A DNA stretch of 64,000 bases from Fusobacteriia bacterium 4572_74 (lineage in GTDB: Bacteria; Fusobacteriota; Fusobacteriia; Fusobacteriales; Fusobacteriaceae), in the NCBI GenBank assembly GCA_002084825.1, contig NBMF01000009.1, positions 152 through 64,151 on the forward strand, in the 5' to 3' direction. Made by a program: the position numbers and the translations under genes. The notes under the pieces are model-generated. The model was not told where the DNA came from. It saw nothing but the letters and a program-made list of their open reading frames with translations, and did no database searches. Below, piece after piece: positions 61,027-64,000 of the stretch (positions are counted from its first letter, which is position 1; every line of letters starts with the position of its first letter).

Positions 61027-61669
61027 AGAATTTTAATTTTTTTAATTTTTTGATAAACATCTCTATGGGTTGTGCACCTAGAAGATCATCTTTGTCATTA
61101 AAAAAAATCCTAGGAACAGAATTTATTCCAAATTCATTGGAAAGATCACTATATAGGTTGGACTGTATCATTTCAGCATCAATATTTTCATTTAATAGAG
61201 CTATTTTATAAGCTACCATAACTGCCTTAGGACAATGTGGACACTGTAAACTTACAAATACTTTGATATTAACTTTTTTATCGATTTGTTTAATGGCATC
61301 AACTAATTTATTTTCTAATGGAGTTGTCATTCCAGAACTTTCTAGGAGAGCAAATAGAAGCGAGTTTATCTCATGTCCACTAGGAATTCCATAAAATTTA
61401 ACTCCAGTGGGTTTATCATTTACCAAAATTGTAGTTCCTGGAACTTTATCAATTCTATATTTTTTAGCAAAAATAGAATCCTTAATAAGATCATATTCTA
61501 TAAATTTTATTTTATTATTTAATGTCGATAACTGCATCATCATAGTGACTACCTCATCACATAGGGGTTTTCCAGGTTCCACAAAGGTAATAATTTTAAT
61601 TGGATTTTTCATTTTATTCAAACTTTCTTTTAATTGATTTAAAATTTCTTTATTAAATATGTCTAACAT
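61025..61669 (-). CDS. Protein disulfide oxidoreductase (AhpF-NTD-like, double thioredoxin fold)
   Basis: FYGIPSGHE, CPHCP, SVP; N-terminal CxxC reads KPLC. Confidence 0.85.
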   Translation of the reverse strand: MLDIFNKEILNQLKESLNKMKNPIKIITFVEPGKPLCDEVVTMMMQLSTLNNKIKFIEYDLIKDSIFAKKYRIDKVPGTTILVNDKPTGVKFYGIPSGHEINSLLFALLESSGMTTPLENKLVDAIKQIDKKVNIKVFVSLQCPHCPKAVMVAYKIALLNENIDAEMIQSNLYSDLSNEFGINSVPRIFFNDKDDLLGAQPIEMFIKKLKKLKF

Positions 61670-61819
61670 ACTTCCCCTCCTATATCATTTATTGCCCTAA
61701 TTCTTAGTTATTCTTTAGTTATATATTTACCACAGATGAAAAAATCCTTTAATAAAAAATAAAAAATATGCTAAACTTTTAGTAGAGTAATTTATTTGAC
61801 AAAAAAATAGGGTGATGAA

Positions 61820-63316
61820 ATGAAGTTAGAAAAAAAAATAACTCATTTTATTGATTTTAAAAATGAAGTTAAAATAAAAAATATGAATGAGCATAAAAAT
61901 CTTGGAAACATAGCTCTGACTCTAAGTCAAGATCCATTTATAAAAGAAAATTTATATAAAGAAAATTCTGAAAATATACAAGCTTATATCAATAAAATAT
62001 GGTCTGAATTGGAGGATATAGATTTTATAACTATAGCTGATATGAACAGTAAAAGATATTCTCATAAAGATCCCCAATATATAGGTAAAATATTTAAGGG
62101 TGGAGACCAGAAGATGGTTGTTGAAGAAGGGAAATCCTATTTTTCAATGGCCAAAGGAACTCAGGGAGTGTCACTTAGAAAATTTGAACCTATAAATTAT
62201 AAAGGAAAACAGATAGGATTTGTAAGTGTAGGGAAATTACAGGTAGAAAGGGATAAATGGAAAAATAATTTTATCATGGAATCAATTTTTATATTTCTGA
62301 TAATCCTTTCATTTGGAGCTCTTTTATCATATTTTTTAGCAAAGAGTATAAAAAAAGAAATTTTTGGATATGAACCTGTAGAAATAGGAAGATTTTATGC
62401 TGAAAAAAAGATTATATTTGATAATATGCACGAGGGAATAGTAACAATAAATGATAAGGGGGAAATTACTAAAGCTAATATAGTGGCTCAAAATATGTTA
62501 ACCTCAAATGATGATGAGATATTTAAACGTTTATTTGAAACGGTGGTTAATACACAGTTGGGATTCAGTGACAGAGAGATAATGGTAGAGGGAGGGAAAT
62601 TATTTGTAAGTGCTATAAAATTAAATAAAACAAAAAAAATATTAGATGTTATCTTCATATTGAGAGATGGAGGAGAGGTAAAGAGGGTAGCTGAGGAGAT
62701 AACGGGAGTCGCCCAGATAATCAACTCTATGAGAGCCAATGTCCACGAATTTAAGAATAAAATTCATGTAGTTTCAGGACTGTTACAGCTAGAGGAATAT
62801 GAGAAAGCTAAAGATTATATACTTTATATAGAGTATGAAGTTGAAAATGAAAAAAATAATGTTGTAGGAATAAAAGACCCTATAATTGCTGCTCTTCTAT
62901 TGGCGAAAATGAGCTTAGCCAAGGAATCCAGAATCGATTTTAAGGTGAATGAAAAAACAAAATTAGATAAAACTCATAATAATATAGATACCAATGATTT
63001 AGTTGTAATAATTGGGAATTTATTGGAAAATGCTAGAGAAGCCTGTGAAAACAGTGTAGAGAAAAAAATTCAGGTTGGATTTTTTGAAGATGAAACAAAA
63101 TTGAGAATAGAAGTTACAGACAGCGGTCGAAGTATAGATACCCATGAGATGGAAAATATATTTAATGTAGGTTATTCCTCCAAAGGTGAGGGTCGTGGCT
63201 CTGGATTGGCACTAATTAAAAATCTCGTGGAGGTATATAGAGGAAATCTGAATATTAAGAGTCGAAAAAATGCCAAAACATTTTGTGTGGAACTCAGCAA
63301 GGAGGATAAGTTATGA
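61820..63316 (+). CDS. CitA/DcuS family sensor kinase, first TM helix apparently missing
   Basis: Cache-like RYSH..F.GGD, EP.EI, HEFKNK, GNLLENA, G.S.KG..G.GL. Confidence 0.85.
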   Translation: MKLEKKITHFIDFKNEVKIKNMNEHKNLGNIALTLSQDPFIKENLYKENSENIQAYINKIWSELEDIDFITIADMNSKRYSHKDPQYIGKIFKGGDQKMVVEEGKSYFSMAKGTQGVSLRKFEPINYKGKQIGFVSVGKLQVERDKWKNNFIMESIFIFLIILSFGALLSYFLAKSIKKEIFGYEPVEIGRFYAEKKIIFDNMHEGIVTINDKGEITKANIVAQNMLTSNDDEIFKRLFETVVNTQLGFSDREIMVEGGKLFVSAIKLNKTKKILDVIFILRDGGEVKRVAEEITGVAQIINSMRANVHEFKNKIHVVSGLLQLEEYEKAKDYILYIEYEVENEKNNVVGIKDPIIAALLLAKMSLAKESRIDFKVNEKTKLDKTHNNIDTNDLVVIIGNLLENAREACENSVEKKIQVGFFEDETKLRIEVTDSGRSIDTHEMENIFNVGYSSKGEGRGSGLALIKNLVEVYRGNLNIKSRKNAKTFCVELSKEDKL

Positions 63317-63850
63317 TAGATGTAGTTATTATAGAAGATGATCCCATGGTAAGTATGATAACGAAGAAGATAATAAATTCTGTAGGAGAATTTCGGGTAG
63401 TAAAAACTTTTAAAGAGGGTTTTTACCTGATACGAATGGTTTGGTGACTTTAGAAACTATTAGAAATTAGGAGCTATAGATTATCTCATAAAACCTTTTG
63501 ATTTTAATCGATTAAAAGATTCTTTAGGAAGATATTTAAATAAAAAATCAAATGTTTCAGGGAAGAAAATATTGAATCAAAGTGAGGTGGATAAATTATT
63601 TTTAAGGAATAAGACTAATGGATGTAGTGTCAAAGGGATCAGTGAAAAAACTTTGATGAAAATAATGAACGTATTATTAGGGGACTCCTCCAAAGAATGG
63701 TCCTCTAAGGAAATTTCAAATATTTTAAATACGAGTACGGTGACAGTAAAAAAATATCTAGACCATCTGATGGAGTTAGGAAGGGTAGAAAATTCAATCT
63801 ATTATGGCAGTGTAGGTCGTCCTGAATATAAATATAAAATCATATTATAA
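63313..63850 (+). pseudogene. CitB/DcuR response regulator with multiple deletions
   Basis: VVIIEDDPMV.. / LPDTNGL / LGAIDYLIKPF..RL fragments in different frames; HTH with YG.VGRP. Confidence 0.88.
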
Positions 63851-63880
63851 AAAGGTTGCTATTAAATTAGCAATCTTTTT
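63849..63880 (+). terminator. Intrinsic terminator
   Basis: aaaaaggttgcta-ttaaat-tagcaatcttttt. Confidence 0.7.
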
Positions 63881-64000
63881 ATAATATTAATGGGGGAATT
63901 TGAGAAAAAATTAAATAAAAAAAGCATACAAAATCTGATATCATAGGAATTAACTAGAAACTTATGATGGAGGTTTTGTATGTATAATGATAATATCATT

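Noticed and set aside
1300-61637. Numerous antisense or overlapping ORFs in the track (e.g. 2196-2507, 31098-31520, 35648-36160, 43771-44217)
   Set aside because: Shadows of real genes on the opposite strand; Ser/Phe/Ile-rich, with no RBS or motifs.

Overview
Low-GC bacterial chromosome segment, mostly + strand housekeeping genes. Gene order and fusions (DAK2-DegV fusion; ruvB-rrf2-rsmE-mtaB-LytR-rsfS; yhbY-dxs-HD-tlyA) suggest Fusobacteriota, possibly Psychrilyobacter/Ilyobacter-like (inference). No rRNA, tRNA, CRISPR array or intact mobile element was seen. The dominant signal is gene erosion: more than a dozen genes carry clean internal deletions or exact 22-64 bp tandem duplications (ABC transporter, cinA, bcp, ruvB, rsfS, ygiQ, pilus chaperone, amidase, APC permease, LexA-like repressor, PHP phosphatase, tyrS S4 domain, citA/citB). 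Core essential genes stay intact or lose only an accessory domain in frame. This fits early genome reduction under purifying selection, but assembly artefact is not excluded. Features missed by the ORF track include a decayed selenocysteine peroxiredoxin with a SECIS-like hairpin, frameshifted prfB, rsfS, an IS3 relic, a degraded chaperone-pilin locus and two families of short intergenic repeats. The best intact candidate for an uncharacterised system is a SNF2 helicase plus a 592-aa partner.
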